A stretch of DNA of 55,731 nucleotides, filler included, from Jimgerdemannia flammicorona (lineage: Eukaryota), in the NCBI GenBank assembly GCA_003990765.1. It is 3 parts of 3 records of this genome, joined end to end, with 100 filler letters (N's around TTAATTAATTAA, not from the genome) between each part and the next. Parts side by side here need not be neighbours in the genome. Positions count along the whole stretch, not along the records: positions 37,228 to 55,731 come from RBNJ01002193.1; 2 more parts are not named here. One strand, written 5' to 3'. The first letter of the stretch is position 1, and every line of letters begins with the position of its first letter. The translations under genes were made by a program, and so were the position numbers. The notes beneath the pieces were generated by a model. That model saw only the letters and a program-made list of their open reading frames with translations. It searched no databases and was not told the DNA's origin. Shown piece by piece: positions 37,228-49,849 of this stretch.

Positions 37228-40200
37228 TTGGACTGCCCTTTATTACTGAAGTCTATAGTGATAACAATATAATGTCACCCACCCTCTCAACCAATACCCC
37301 GGGGGCCCAACCCCCCTTCCTCAACCTCCCCCTGCCCAAGCACCACCTGACCACCCACTACCTGAACTCTTCCACCACTTTTCTGGGAGATACACTGCAC
37401 CAAACTCCTGTGGTACCCCCCACCCATACCCCAACCCCACCACCAGCTGTTTAAAATGTCCAACAGCAACTATTCCCACCATGCCACCTTTTCACCAACT
37501 CCAACCCGATGCCCATCCTCAAATACATGCACCCAATGCTCTGCCAACCCAACCCACATAGCCAAGACCCAGCCAAGGGTCAGCCATTTGTCCCCGACCC
37601 CACCCACCAATTGCTGGCGAAGCTCTCCCCATCTCCCCCCTCCCTTCCCTCCCCCAGCCCCCAACCCTAACCTGTCCCTTATACACCCCCAGAACTCCCC
37701 CAAAACCTCACACTCGCCAAGCCAATGTTCAGGCGTTTGTACAACCCCTCCCTCCTGACCAATATTGAAACAATCCTCACACTTGAACACTCCACCATCC
37801 ACCAAGTGACCAGACCGATAGTTCAGCATCATATTCCGCCACAGGATCCGCCACCATGCCAACCAGAACTTGGGGGGCAGCCACTGCCTCACCTGCTCGC
37901 TCCAATGCCAGAGCCCATTCCAATCCCACTCCTCCCTGATTCCAACCCTCTGCCAGGCTTCAGACCACAGGTCTCCACCTAGGCCTCGCAGGCACTCCAG
38001 ACCCTTGCCAAGCTGAAAGTCCTCCACCAGAGCACTACCCAATAGGAGCCTGTCCCATCTCCACATCTGTGGTCCCCAAACCTCTTCAGCCTCGTCACCC
38101 CGCCAATGAAGGCCGATTTTCTTAGCACCATCCACTGCTCCCCACCAAAAGCCTGTAAACCACATCCTCCGGCTCCCTTCCATAGCCACCATTGCAAGCA
38201 GGTCGCCGGAGCTACCACATGGGGAGTATCGAACCTCCCACAGCCTCTGCATGAGTGGCACCCACTCCCGACCTCTAAGCTCACTCACCCTCCTTAGCCA
38301 CCAGGCTCTCAGACATAAAAGCCGCTTAGTAAAGTCCACTAAGCCCAGTCCACCACTCTCCAAGGGCAGTGTGAGCACCTCCCAACCAACCTGACTCCAT
38401 CACCCTCCCCAAATCCATGACCTCGCCATCTTCAGCAACCCTTTAATCACCCATGGTGGAAAATCCAAATGATATCCAATATACCACAGCTTCAGCATCT
38501 AGTACACATTCAACACCATCATCCTTCCGGTAAGAGACATATGCCGGCCTCCCCATCGCATCAAGACATCGCCCCACTCCAACAGTTTATGGTCCCATCA
38601 TGCCCAGGGAAGAAGAGATCCAAACACCAAGAAGTAGATCCCCAAGTAGTGCACTAGTTCACTAGCTAGAACCACCGTTCCAATAACATCGCCACCGACA
38701 ATTCCAGCGCCCAGTACCAGCGTCTCATATTTGTGCCAGTTCAGTTTGGCACCAGAACCCCGCTCATACCATTCCACCATCCTCTGCAACTCGCCAACAT
38801 CCTCCAAGAAACCCAGTCCGACCACCATATCATCAGCAAAGGCCCCCACCTTCCAGTTCACCCCTAGAATGTCCAAACCCCCAATCTTATGTCGAATCCT
38901 GTCCAGTAGTGGCTCCAGGGAAAGAGCATACAATATGGGTGACAAGGGGTCCCCTTGTGGCACCCTACGGCCCAGGGGGAAGGTCACCCCCCAGTGGCCA
39001 TTGATGACCAATGCTGCCTGACTGTCCTCCAAAAGGCTGATCAATGAACCTCAGAACCCCGGGGGGATACCAATCCACTTCAGCACTCCCTCCAGCCATA
39101 TTCTCCGCACTCTATCATAAGCCTTCTCCTGGTCCAGAAATACTAATCTGCCATCCACCCCGGTAGCCCGGGCACCTTCAATTACTCCATGAACCCAGGC
39201 CGTCCCATCTCGAATCAACCGACCACTGACAAACCCACATTGCTCCAAACCAAGCACCTGCTATACTATCCCTTGCAACTGCAATACCAAGATCTTCGTC
39301 ACCAGTTTGCGGTCCATGTCCAGAAGCATGATCAGCTGCCAATTCTTCCAATCCTCCCTCCTGCCCTTGTTCTTATATAGCAAGGAGACCAGCCCCAAGT
39401 GCTGTCCCCCAATCCAGGCACCAGACTGAAGAACTTCATCACACATAGCCATCATTTCCTTCAGTACCTCATGCACCCCTGTCATCTTCTGCCAAAAATC
39501 CCAGGGGAGTCCATCCTCTCCCGGGGCTGTCCCTTTACTTGTAGAGGCCACTACTTTGCAAATCTCCTCACTGCTCACTAGGTCCCCCAACGCCACAAGT
39601 CCCATGGCAGGGTCCGGGTGCCAATCCCCCAGCTGCCTCTCAATGTCCAAAGCATCCAGGCCTCCTTTGTCCTCACTCCAAAGGTTCCCCCACTGGGATC
39701 GCAATAGGCTCAAAATTGCCGAAGTCCCTACCACCAGCTTGCCATTCTTGTCCAAAACTCCCTCCCACCGCTGCCTCGTTCGTCATGCTTGTAACAACCG
39801 TGACAAGAACCTGGTAGGTCTCTCCCCTTCCTCACGCCCCTGCCATCACAAGCGGGCCACCATCCCCTGCAGCTGCTCCTCTTCCTCCCTCTGTAGCACT
39901 CCTTTGAGCTCCCCCACCTCCTGCCGGATTCTCACAATATGCCAATCAGTCTCGGCCCTATCCTCCAGCACACCCACCCATCTCTCCATGAGCACCGCCA
40001 AACGCTGCGAGGCCCACATCACCCATTGCCTTTGCTGAGCACTCTTTCCTTTCCCCACCTCCCTCCAATACCTCTGAGCCTTTATCTTCAACCTTCTCCA
40101 GCGGTCCCCAATTGCCAGTCTCTGATCCCACCACCTGCCGATATCTCCAACCACCTCTGTTTCCCAACCCTCCTACAACGCCCTATCCTCCAGCAAGGAT

Positions 40201-42245
40201 GAATTTAGCTGCCAATGTCTGGGCCCATCCTCATTTCCCCCAAACCGCCCCCCTCCAAGCAATCCCCAGTGATCTGACCATGGACACCATACGACTCCCA
40301 GCACCATCCAGACGTCCGCTCCCCAACACTCTGCTGTTAGAACCCAGTCAATCCTAGAGCCCAGTCCTGCTGCCCAATGGGTATATACCCGCCGATCAGC
40401 CCAAAAATGTCTCCCTGAGTCCACTAAAGAACACAACCTTTCCATCTCCAACCAGTCCGCCAACCCACCACTTTCACCTCGCATGCCTCTCCCGCCATCA
40501 GTCCTGTCTAACTCCTTATCTCAGACCATATTGAAGTCCCCTCCCATACAGTCAAACCCAACTTCTCCCAATAAACCAGCCTCTTTCAATCTGTGAATCC
40601 AATCCACCCTCTCCCCTCTCTCAGCCAGGCAGTAATAAGACCCAACTGTCAGCGAGCTCCATCCAGGCCTCTTCCACACTTCCCACACCACCCGCGACCC
40701 CCAATGTCCAATGTCTCCAATGTCCCCCATCCCTTTCTATACAAGAATACCCACTTTCTCCTACCAAACTGCCTCACCCCCCCATTCCTTAGTCTATTCC
40801 TGTAAATCCACATCAGCATCATACCAAACATCCTGCAACAAGAAGAGGTCCGCATCTAGACCCCGAAGCCAGCCAAAGATGTACTTCCTCCTAGCCGCCC
40901 CCCGTAACCCATTAACGTTCAATGAGAATATCCTAGTTGTACTGTTCATATTGAGTAAATATTGTAGAAGAGACCTCAACCTATAACTCTATGCTCATCT
41001 CATCCCTCGCCAAGTCCAAGAGCCGCTCAGCCTCCAATTCACCCTCTGCAATATCCCGTGCATCCAGTGCCCCCAAGATTTCCTGACACTCCACTCTGTC
41101 CACCTCCTCTATATCTGCCCTATAATCCAAGCAGACCACGCGCCACTTTTCGAGTCCCTTCCTCGAGTTCCACAAGACAAGTGCCCTGTCACTCACAATC
41201 CATCAAAGCTCCTCCTCATGCTGATCATCAACCTGATACTCAACAGACTCCAGGAGGACAGCCAGGATCTCATTCCTCATCTTTCTCGGCACCTCTTCCC
41301 CATATAGAATCTCCTCCCAATGCCTCTCCTCTATCACCCTGAAGTCCTCACCCCCCAGCTCTTCAGCCGCTACCCCTTCCAGGGTCTTCTATATCCACTT
41401 CTCCTCATCTACTGCCTCCGCCGCCCCCTGAGCAATTTGTCCCCCATCCACCTCAGGTTCCACCAGCATGCTCCTTCACACTGACTCATCCCACTTCTCA
41501 TCCAGTACATCCATCAGCTCCTCCTCACCTCCTGCCCCATTCGGAACACTATACTGAGGGTACCCACCTTCGCCCATTTCGGCATCCACCTCCAAGATAT
41601 CCTCCCTCCCCTCCCCAACTCCAATCAGAGCCCTACCCTGGGCCATCTCTCCCCCTTCAGCCCAGGCGCTCTCCTGCAACCCTGCAGCCCCCTCCCCAGA
41701 GCTTCCACCAGCCCTACCCCCACCCAACTTTGCCAACAACTCCTTCTGAATCCTCCTCCCCTGCAACTTCTCCCAGGCTCCCTTCTCCATCCGAACCCTC
41801 TTCCCATCCACCTCCCCCACCACTGTCCTGGCCTCAAACTCCTTCCAGGCTAATCTCCTCCTCACAACTGCCCCTTCCAGGTCCTCCAGAGCCTCCAACA
41901 GGTCCTCCTCCTCCTCCTGAGTCCCCTTCACCCTAGTGACCTTACACTCCACCGGTCCCCACCTCAGCGCTGCTGGCCAGTCTCTCAACTTCCCCGTATT
42001 CTCCTTTCCAGCCAGTCTCACCCTGACATCGATGTCTCCGGTTCTAAGCTCCATGCCCTCCCAGACCTTGAACCCAATATCCACAATCTCGCCATACTCC
42101 TTGATCGCCTTCACAACCAACTCCCTGGTCCTCTCCTTCGACATTGTAGAAAGGTCCAACACTGTCAACTGCACCACCCGAGGGTTCCAGTGCATACACC
42201 GGGCCATAGAGACCACAACTCCGCCAATCATCACCCCCAGTATCA
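37228..42245 (-). mobile_element. LINE copy C1 (CpG-richer subfamily), 5'-truncated in ORF1
   Basis: Minus ORFs with ORF1 (41476..42246), EN (GGDFN, RIDW, SDH), RT (QGDPLSP, AFADD) and zinc finger. 3'UTR at contig start. Confidence 0.93.
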
Positions 42246-42966
42246 ACTATACTAATAAAGCTTTAGACTTCCTGTACAGTACCATTGAAGATAAATAGGC
42301 TCAGACTTTTTATTGGTCTGGCTTGTTCAACTAAGATAGTAATAGTTACTACCATTATAGCTATCTGGACTATGAGGTCTAGAATCTGTTAGTTTGCTAT
42401 ATTATTTACTAAAGATAGTTGGACTACTAGTAGTGAGTTACTGATATAACTTAAGGTACTAGTACAGAATATAATGGTGTTCTTTAAGTCTGTATAAGTT
42501 GCTGGAGTAATAGTTATAGATCTAGAGTAAGAGTTTGATTAATAGTTATCTGCTGCTATATAGGTATATTTTGTTCTAATGGAGATATAACTTCTTCAGT
42601 AGTATATCTGAGATCAAATTCACTAAGATACTCTTCCTCTTCCTGGCTTTGGTCTCTATGTAGTTGAGTTTGCTTAGTATTGAAGTAGATAGAATTAGTT
42701 ATATATTAGATTTCAGATAGACTTAATTCAAAATCTGATTCTGGTTCAGTATTGATCTCAGTTTCAGATAGAGTAGTAGCTGGGCCTACTTCTGATTCAA
42801 AGTCAGGTTATTGATAAAAGGTTTCTCTTGCTTCTTCTTTAAGAATATGATAGGTCTTATAATTCTAGAAGTAGTAGTATAAGGTAGTCTTGGTTCTTAT
42901 ATGGTAAAAGTCAGTAGAGTTGAGTCACTTAGTTAGAGGCTTGGGCTTCATAAAGAATTAAGGCTA
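42246..42966 (-). pseudogene. Decayed LTR-retrotransposon internal region, gag-like start
   Basis: Joins 49442-49849 once LINE C2 is removed at its TSD. Minus translation has an acidic low-complexity stretch, then ...IKSLSLFIFNGTVQEV*SFISI, resembling the Gag P-x-F-x-G...FI motif. Weak. Confidence 0.45.
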
Positions 42967-45900
42967 TACATCTTTCTCTGGTAATATTCAGATTATACAA
43001 TCTTCTGGCAATATTTACAATATAGTTTTTGGAGAAAAGATACTAGTACCATAGTAACTGATGAGTGTTCTGAGGTATATACTGAGCAGGGTGGCCCTGG
43101 TACATTTGACTAGCAGTATGTGAGGAGGGGCCCCAGCTTGGGGGAAAGCATGAGGGGCCTGCTAGTGGGAGGATATAGTAGAGAAGGGGGCAGTGCTGGA
43201 GGTCAGAGGACAGAGAGGGCTAGTGCTCCAAACGAGTCAGTGTAATTCGAATCTGATTCGAATTGGACAGATTTGAATCTGATTCGAATCCAGTCATATG
43301 GAATTTGAATCAGATTCGAATTGGATCCTAATTTGGAAAAAATAACAATTAACCAAAACAATCAATATAAATCGCCTAATATCTTCATGAATATTCATCC
43401 AAATTCAATGAAACAAAGTGTGCTGTATTCGCCTAATTAAGGGCTTTCCAGCAGTATAAATTTAATTTAATCTGGACCAGTATTTGTGGAGAAATTCAAC
43501 AAAACCTTTTACAGAATGTGGCTCAACTATGACCTATGGACATTTTGTTAATTTCCTCTATGAATACTGGTCCAATTTCAATGAAACCTATATTGCTAGA
43601 AAGCCCCTAATCAGGTGAATACCGCACACTTTGTTTCGTTGAATTTGGATGAATATTTATGGAGATATTATTCTTTTTGTCTAAGATTTATATGATATAA
43701 ATTCAGTAATTCGAATTGAGATTTAAATTTGGCAATTCGAATTGATCATGTGATGAATTCAAACTGATTCGAATTGACTCATTCGGAGCACTAGGGAGGG
43801 CAAGCTTTGCAGAGAAGGTGAAGAGGTATCAGCTGAGAGTTGGGCTGGAGAGTTGGCTGAGGGGGGGCAAGGTGACAGTGAAGGCTACTGGGCAGAGGCT
43901 TCAAGAGAGAGCTCCTCTGGGGGGCCAGAGTAGTGGGACTAGTAGTGTAGTAGCTGAGGGGGTGACTGCTGATAGGAGTGTAACAGGTAATCTGGAAAAA
44001 TATCTAGATGAGACTACTAATAAGAGACCAAGCTATGGAAAGAGCACAAGACCTAGTGATCTGGCTGATGGTATAATGGGACTGGCAGTGGCACTATTAC
44101 TTAAGAAGTTGATCTCAGAATTTGTAATCACTCTATACTTCAGAGACTTAGCAGTAATAGCAAAAATAGTTCTGAGGCTAATTGCAAAGCAGGTGGAAGG
44201 TACAGTATCTGTTAAGTTCCTAAAGGGCCTAAAAAGAGTAGAGATGGGCTCTGAGGAGACAGGGCTACTAAAGGAGGCATTAAAGGCTGAGTTGATAGTT
44301 GGAGAGGTATGTATTCCAATAGTACAGTACTTGAGATGAGATCCTAGAGTAGTGTAGCTCTTGGTGAAGAGAGTGTCTATGGTAACTGCTGTGGAGATGA
44401 GGAAGAGAGTTGAGGAGGTCATGACTGAGTACAGAGAGGTAGTAGATATAGAGTTTAGAGTCTAAGAAGAGACTATCTTCTAGACAGAGGATATTGATGT
44501 CGGAATTTGACTAATAGAGAGAGAGGCTACTAGCAAGGCATATAATTGGCCTTCAGTAATGATGTGGAGAGCCTTTATGTATAAGGTAATGAGGATGAAG
44601 GAGAGTGAAAAGGAGGAGAAGGACCTGTTGGAGGCACTAAAGGAGCTAAGTAGTACAGTGAAGTAGAGGACAAAGGCTTGAAAGGTGTATGTGGAGTTGA
44701 CATACCTAGACATTGTTAGTGGGAGGTGAGTCTATATTGACAAGGGGCTGTGGGAGAGGACTCAAGGTCATAGAAAGCAGAGAGAGTTGCTGGTAAGTCT
44801 GGAGGTAAAGAAGATAAGAGCTGCTGATAATAGTGAGGATACTGGGGGAGCTTTGGCAAGTATCTGGACTGGGGGGCAAGAAGAGAATGTGGAGGTAGAT
44901 CTGGAGGAGGCCAGGAAGGCACTGAGTAATAACCCATATGAGAATAGTATATTCAAAGTCTGGGAGCAGTCTCCTACTCTTACTCCTCTTATCAGGTAGA
45001 GACTGGCTGCGAGGGGTCAAGCAGTAGAGAATGTACTCATGTATAGTGCCTAGTGAGTATACTTTGGAGTTTCTGAGGTAAAGAAAGGAGGACAAGTAGT
45101 GGTAGTTGACAAGGAGAAACTAGTGAATGTCTTGGAGGAGGGATAGAATGAGACTGCAAGTATGGGGGGGGATATCTCAATGCTGAGTAGAGGACAGCCT
45201 ATAACTCTTAGGGGGAAGAAAGTGAAGAATCTACTGTGGATATATTAGATAATAAATAACCTTGTAGCTGAGGAACTGAGAGAAGTGGACCTAAGAGTGA
45301 TAAGTGATGAGCACTGAACTAGGATCTTGCATAGTGATGGAGTGGTAGAGGTATTAAGAGCAGAGATACTGACAGTTTTCCTAAAGAAGAAAGGATATGA
45401 GATAGACAAGGAGAGAAAGGCCAAGCTGGCAATTGTTGCTAGTGAGCAGGCCACCTACTGTTGGGAAAAGCATCATGATTTACAGCTCTAGCAGAAGGTC
45501 TATTTGGAGTATTATAAGGATTTTGAGAAAAAGGAGGATGGAGAAATAGCTGAGCTACTGAAGGAATTGGAGACTAAGAGGGCTGAAGAGGAGACAGTGT
45601 CTGCTGAATATAACCTGGACTTGGCAAGAGAGGTGAGAGATATGGAGTAGTAGAGGATATACTTTCAATTTTACAATATTCCTTATGAATAGTATAACTA
45701 ACATTTTTTCTCTCAATATGAATGAGTTATGGAGTTCATTTTAACATTGGAATATTTTTGCTTGGCTGAAGAGACTGGAGGCTGATCTCTTTATTTTGCA
45801 GAATATCAGATGTGAGGATGATCTAGATAGACTAGAGTGGACTAAGAAATAGAGAGGAGAGGCTATATGGAAAGGCAAGATAGAGATTCTGGTCCAGAGG

Positions 45901-48900
45901 GGCAGAGGAGAGATATGAGAGGTGAGGAGCTAGAGAGACAGGCTGGTTTGGGGAGAGTGGATTTGAGCAGATTGGAAGCTAGTTATAGTGGGGTCTTGTT
46001 ACTGTTCTACTGTATGGGGGGAGTATATAGACTGGGTGAAGGGTCTCCAGGAGAGTGGGGCCCTCATAGAGGCTGGAGTGGATATGCTTGGCAAAGACTT
46101 CAATATGGTCTGGGATGTTTTGGTGAATAGAACTGATAGAGGGTAGGGGGCTGAGGATAAGAGTGGAGGTCTGGAGATATGGGAGAAAGTAGAGAGACTG
46201 AGTGTATTAATGAATACTGGTAGGGGATTTTGAGTGATAAGAGAGTATATACATACTAGACCAGGGGTCTGGGGATAAGGATCAACTAGGTTTTGATAGC
46301 AGATTACTGGGGATTGGATATCTGAAAATCACTGGAGGTTGAATGGTATCTATAGTCTGATTATTGAAGATTTCTGAGATAGAGATATTTTGGGGGGAGT
46401 GGGGATAGGCCTGGACATTAGTGTCTAAATTCCTCTTTATTGGATGATAAGAGGCAGTGGGATAAGTGGGCTGTGGATATTTAGCAGAGGGTAGAGGATT
46501 GGGTACAGAAGGGGGCCCCTATGGGTGTCAGGTGGATGTGGCTGAAGGAGGCTGCTAGGGTCTACTGAAGAGAGGCTGGCAAGATGGCTGACAGATAGAG
46601 GAGGTGATGGGTGACATAGACTTCTGCTAGACTGGCTCAACTTCTAGAGGATGGGGCTGGACTGTTGGCCCTAGAGGGGGGGGAGGACTGGAGATTATTG
46701 TGGGTACAGAAGAAGGTTGAGGAGCTGCAACTAGTAGTAATAGTAAGGGAGGAGGAGGAGGTATAGGTGCAGAGTCTAGCAGCATGGTTATGTTGGCAGA
46801 GACTAGAGGAAGGAGAGAGGCCCTCTAAGTTCATCATGAGGGTCCTTCAGATAAGAAGAGTTCAGCAGAGGTGAGAGGGGACATTGGATGCTGATGGATA
46901 TTTAGTATATAGTATACAAGATATTCTCAGATTGTTAAAGAGGAAGTAGAGTGATCTGTAGAGTGAGGAGGAGGGGAGGGCTGATGATGCTGCTATTGAT
47001 CATGCTTTGGAGGATTGGTACCCACCACAGGTAGGAGGACTGGATGGTCTGGTATTATTAGTACAGGAGGAGAAGATTCATTAGGTTCTTACTATGACTT
47101 TGCTAGATACAGCACCAGGGGAGGATGGCTTACCTTGGGACTTTTGGAAGAAGATAGTGGGAATTCCCAGTATACTGGAAGAATTGATAGTAATGTTTGA
47201 CTTGGTGCTATAGTCAGGGAGATGGGTGGGTGAGCAGGATCTGAGACTAGTGATACTGCTCTATAAGGATAAAGGCAGGAGAGAGAACTGGAGGAACTGG
47301 TGGCCAATCATGCTGCTAGATATGGACAGGAAGTTGGTTACCAAGTTGGTTATAGCAAGGTTGCAGAAGGTGGCCCAGCAGGTATTGGGGGAGGAGCAGT
47401 GGGGCTTTGTGGGTGGCTGACTCATTAGAGATAGTACAGCTTGGATATATAGTATTATTGAGAAGACACAAGCCTGTGGACTGGATGGGTGTCTGGTTTT
47501 TCTGGATTAAGAGAAGACATATGACCATATCAGATGGATCTGGTTGGCAAAGGTACTGGATAGGATTGGTATCTCTCAGCAGTTCTGAGTAGTAATGATC
47601 AGTTTACTGAAAGAGAGTTAAGTAGTACTCATGTATAATAGGTACTGAGGGGGGGCTTTTCCTCTAGGAAGAGGGGTTCTCCAAGGGGACCCACTGTCTT
47701 CTATTTTGTATATACTCTTATTGGAGCCATTGATGGATAGAATTCAGCAGAAGATTATAGGGCTCTCAGTATTAGATATTAGATAGAAGGTTGGAGTCTT
47801 TGTAGATGATATGGTGATTGGTCTGAGATCAATCACTGATGTAGAAGAACTCAAGATAATGGTGGAGTAGTATGAGGTATATTCTGAGACTAAACTCAAC
47901 TGGCACAAGTATAAGATGATGGTATTAAGTAATGGTCTGGTAGGAGGGGATATCATTGGAACAATTGTCTCTACTGGAGAGGCAGTGTGATACCTAGGTA
48001 TTTATTTCTCAGTTTATAGATCAATCCTACCTAAAGTTTGGTGGAAGCAACAAGTTGTGATCTGGGGGGAGGCTCTGCAGAGTTAGAGTGGCTACCAGTT
48101 GTCTCTAGCTGGGCATGTTTCTATTTTGAATATCTACTGACTACTGAAGCTATAGTATTTGGCTTATCATCTGGACTTTCTAGTCTGAGTGGTGAAGTAA
48201 TTGTTGAAACTGGCCAAGGGTTGGATCTAGGCTGGAAAGAGAAGTTAGATTAGTTGGGAAATCTTATCTCTGCCAGTTACTAGAGGAGGTCTGGGGCTGG
48301 TTGACTTTCTGAAGAGACTGCACTGCCTGTGAGCATAGTGGCTGAAGAGGGTGGTAGAGCTGAGAAATAGTAGCTGGATTCCCCTGATGAAGAGGGTCTG
48401 AGAGATAAGGTCCTCATCAAGAGGCTCTACAGGTAATCTACTATCCTTGGTTGGACTTCAGAACAATAGTTATATGTGGTATAAGAGATTCTAGTAGGGG
48501 ATTATAAATGGTACATATTATATTAGAATTCACTAGTAGAGAGATGAAGGAGAGATACCTTGGGGCTCTGCAATGTAGATATGAGACTGTATACTATTAG
48601 GGGATATCTCATTACTTAATTTTGATATTAGTGATAGAGTAGAGTATCAGAGGGAGTTAGGACAGGATTTGTGGTCTAGTGGATGGTAGCAGACAGATAT
48701 CAGGAAAGAGTGAAATTGGAATAGGGTTTGGGCCTAGAGTGTTGAGGTCAGGTAATAGTTATCATCAAAATACTGGGTGGTCTGATAGCACATATTGTAG
48801 AGGAATGTTATGCTCAACTTTTGCTTAGGCCATCTAGTCAAGGGGGGCAGTTTTGACTGTAAGGAGTGCTATAATGTAGGACAGGAAGGGGGTTTTGTAC

Positions 48901-49396
48901 AGATGTCTGAACATTAGCTAAGAGAGTATAAGGTGCTTGGTGACTTCTAGTTGACAGTTGGGTATCAATTGAGTGTAGTGCATAAGGGAGGTAATATGAG
49001 GGACCAATGGGAGGATTTGTAGTGGGGGGGTTTGGGTTGGAGCAGTTTACTTTAAATTAGATTATAGCTGTATGGGTGGAGTTAGTGAGTTACTGGTTAT
49101 TTGTTTTTAAGAATGAGAGGAGACTAGAATTGAGAGCATGGTTGCTGAGATAGGAAGGGCTGATGAAGGACATCTTAATAGGCTGGTGACTTGGTTGGGG
49201 CCTACAGAGTAGTTGGTAGCATAGATTGGTCAAGAAAATCTATAAGCAGAGTGAGGAGAGAGTGGGGGTAGTGGGTGAAAGAGTATCTTTTAAGTGTGAA
49301 AGGATAGGGGAGGGCCTCTCTAAGGGGATTAGATAGTGGAAGAAGATACTGTAACTATATCTATAGACTGGTAATAAATGGCAAAGTCTAAGTAAC

Positions 49397-49441
<45 letters not shown>
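42967..49441 (+). mobile_element. Full-length, heavily mutated LINE copy C2
   Basis: 5' tctttctctggtaatattcag. ORF1 stop 45651, ORF2 ATG 45685, poly(A) to 49441. Degenerate TSD aaagaattaaggcta (42952-42966) / gaggaattaagacta (49442-49456), differing by transitions only. Confidence 0.9.
43221..43793. mobile_element. hAT-type foldback MITE, 573 bp, in C2 ORF1
   Basis: TIR TAGTGCTCCRAAYGAGTCA at both ends. 8-bp TSD gagagggc (43213-43220) / gggagggc (43794-43801). GATTCGAAT subterminal repeats. Inner inverted arms ~43378-43505 and ~43540-43670. Confidence 0.92.
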
Positions 49442-49446
<5 letters not shown>

Positions 49447-49849
49447 ATTAAGACTAGAAATATATCTACTGGTTATCCTAGATTACTTGGATTTGTAGAG
49501 CTAATAAAACTCTTATTGAAAAGAGTAAAGAAGGCTTCTATAAGACCTTCTTCATCTTGACTTGTAAGATATAGAGCAAGGAGTTCAGTATATAGGGTTT
49601 TGTCTATCTGCTAATTTAATTAGAGTACTTCTTTTTATAGATAAAGTTTGTCTCACTTGTTGCAAATGTGGAGGTCAAATTGTCCTTGTACATCAGGTTC
49701 AATTCTCTCCAAATTGTCAGATAGTTCAGGATAAATTCCAGTTTAGAGGTTGGGCTTTATACCAACTTGTAAAAATTCTCAGAAGGGTTTATAGTGGAGT
49801 AAGGAAGTGTCTTAAAGCAGAATTGGATTATAAACCACTGCTACTAAGT
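49442..49849 (-). mobile_element. LTR-retrotransposon PBS and start of internal region
   Basis: Three nt after the LTR end the minus strand reads TAGTAGCAGTGG (49846-49835), read as decayed TGGTAGCAGTGG, complementary to a tRNA 3' end ...CUGCUACCA. Confidence 0.65.

Noticed and set aside
36926..37330. One LINE continuing across the second gap
   Set aside because: Both sides carry their own, different 3'UTR, so they are two copies.
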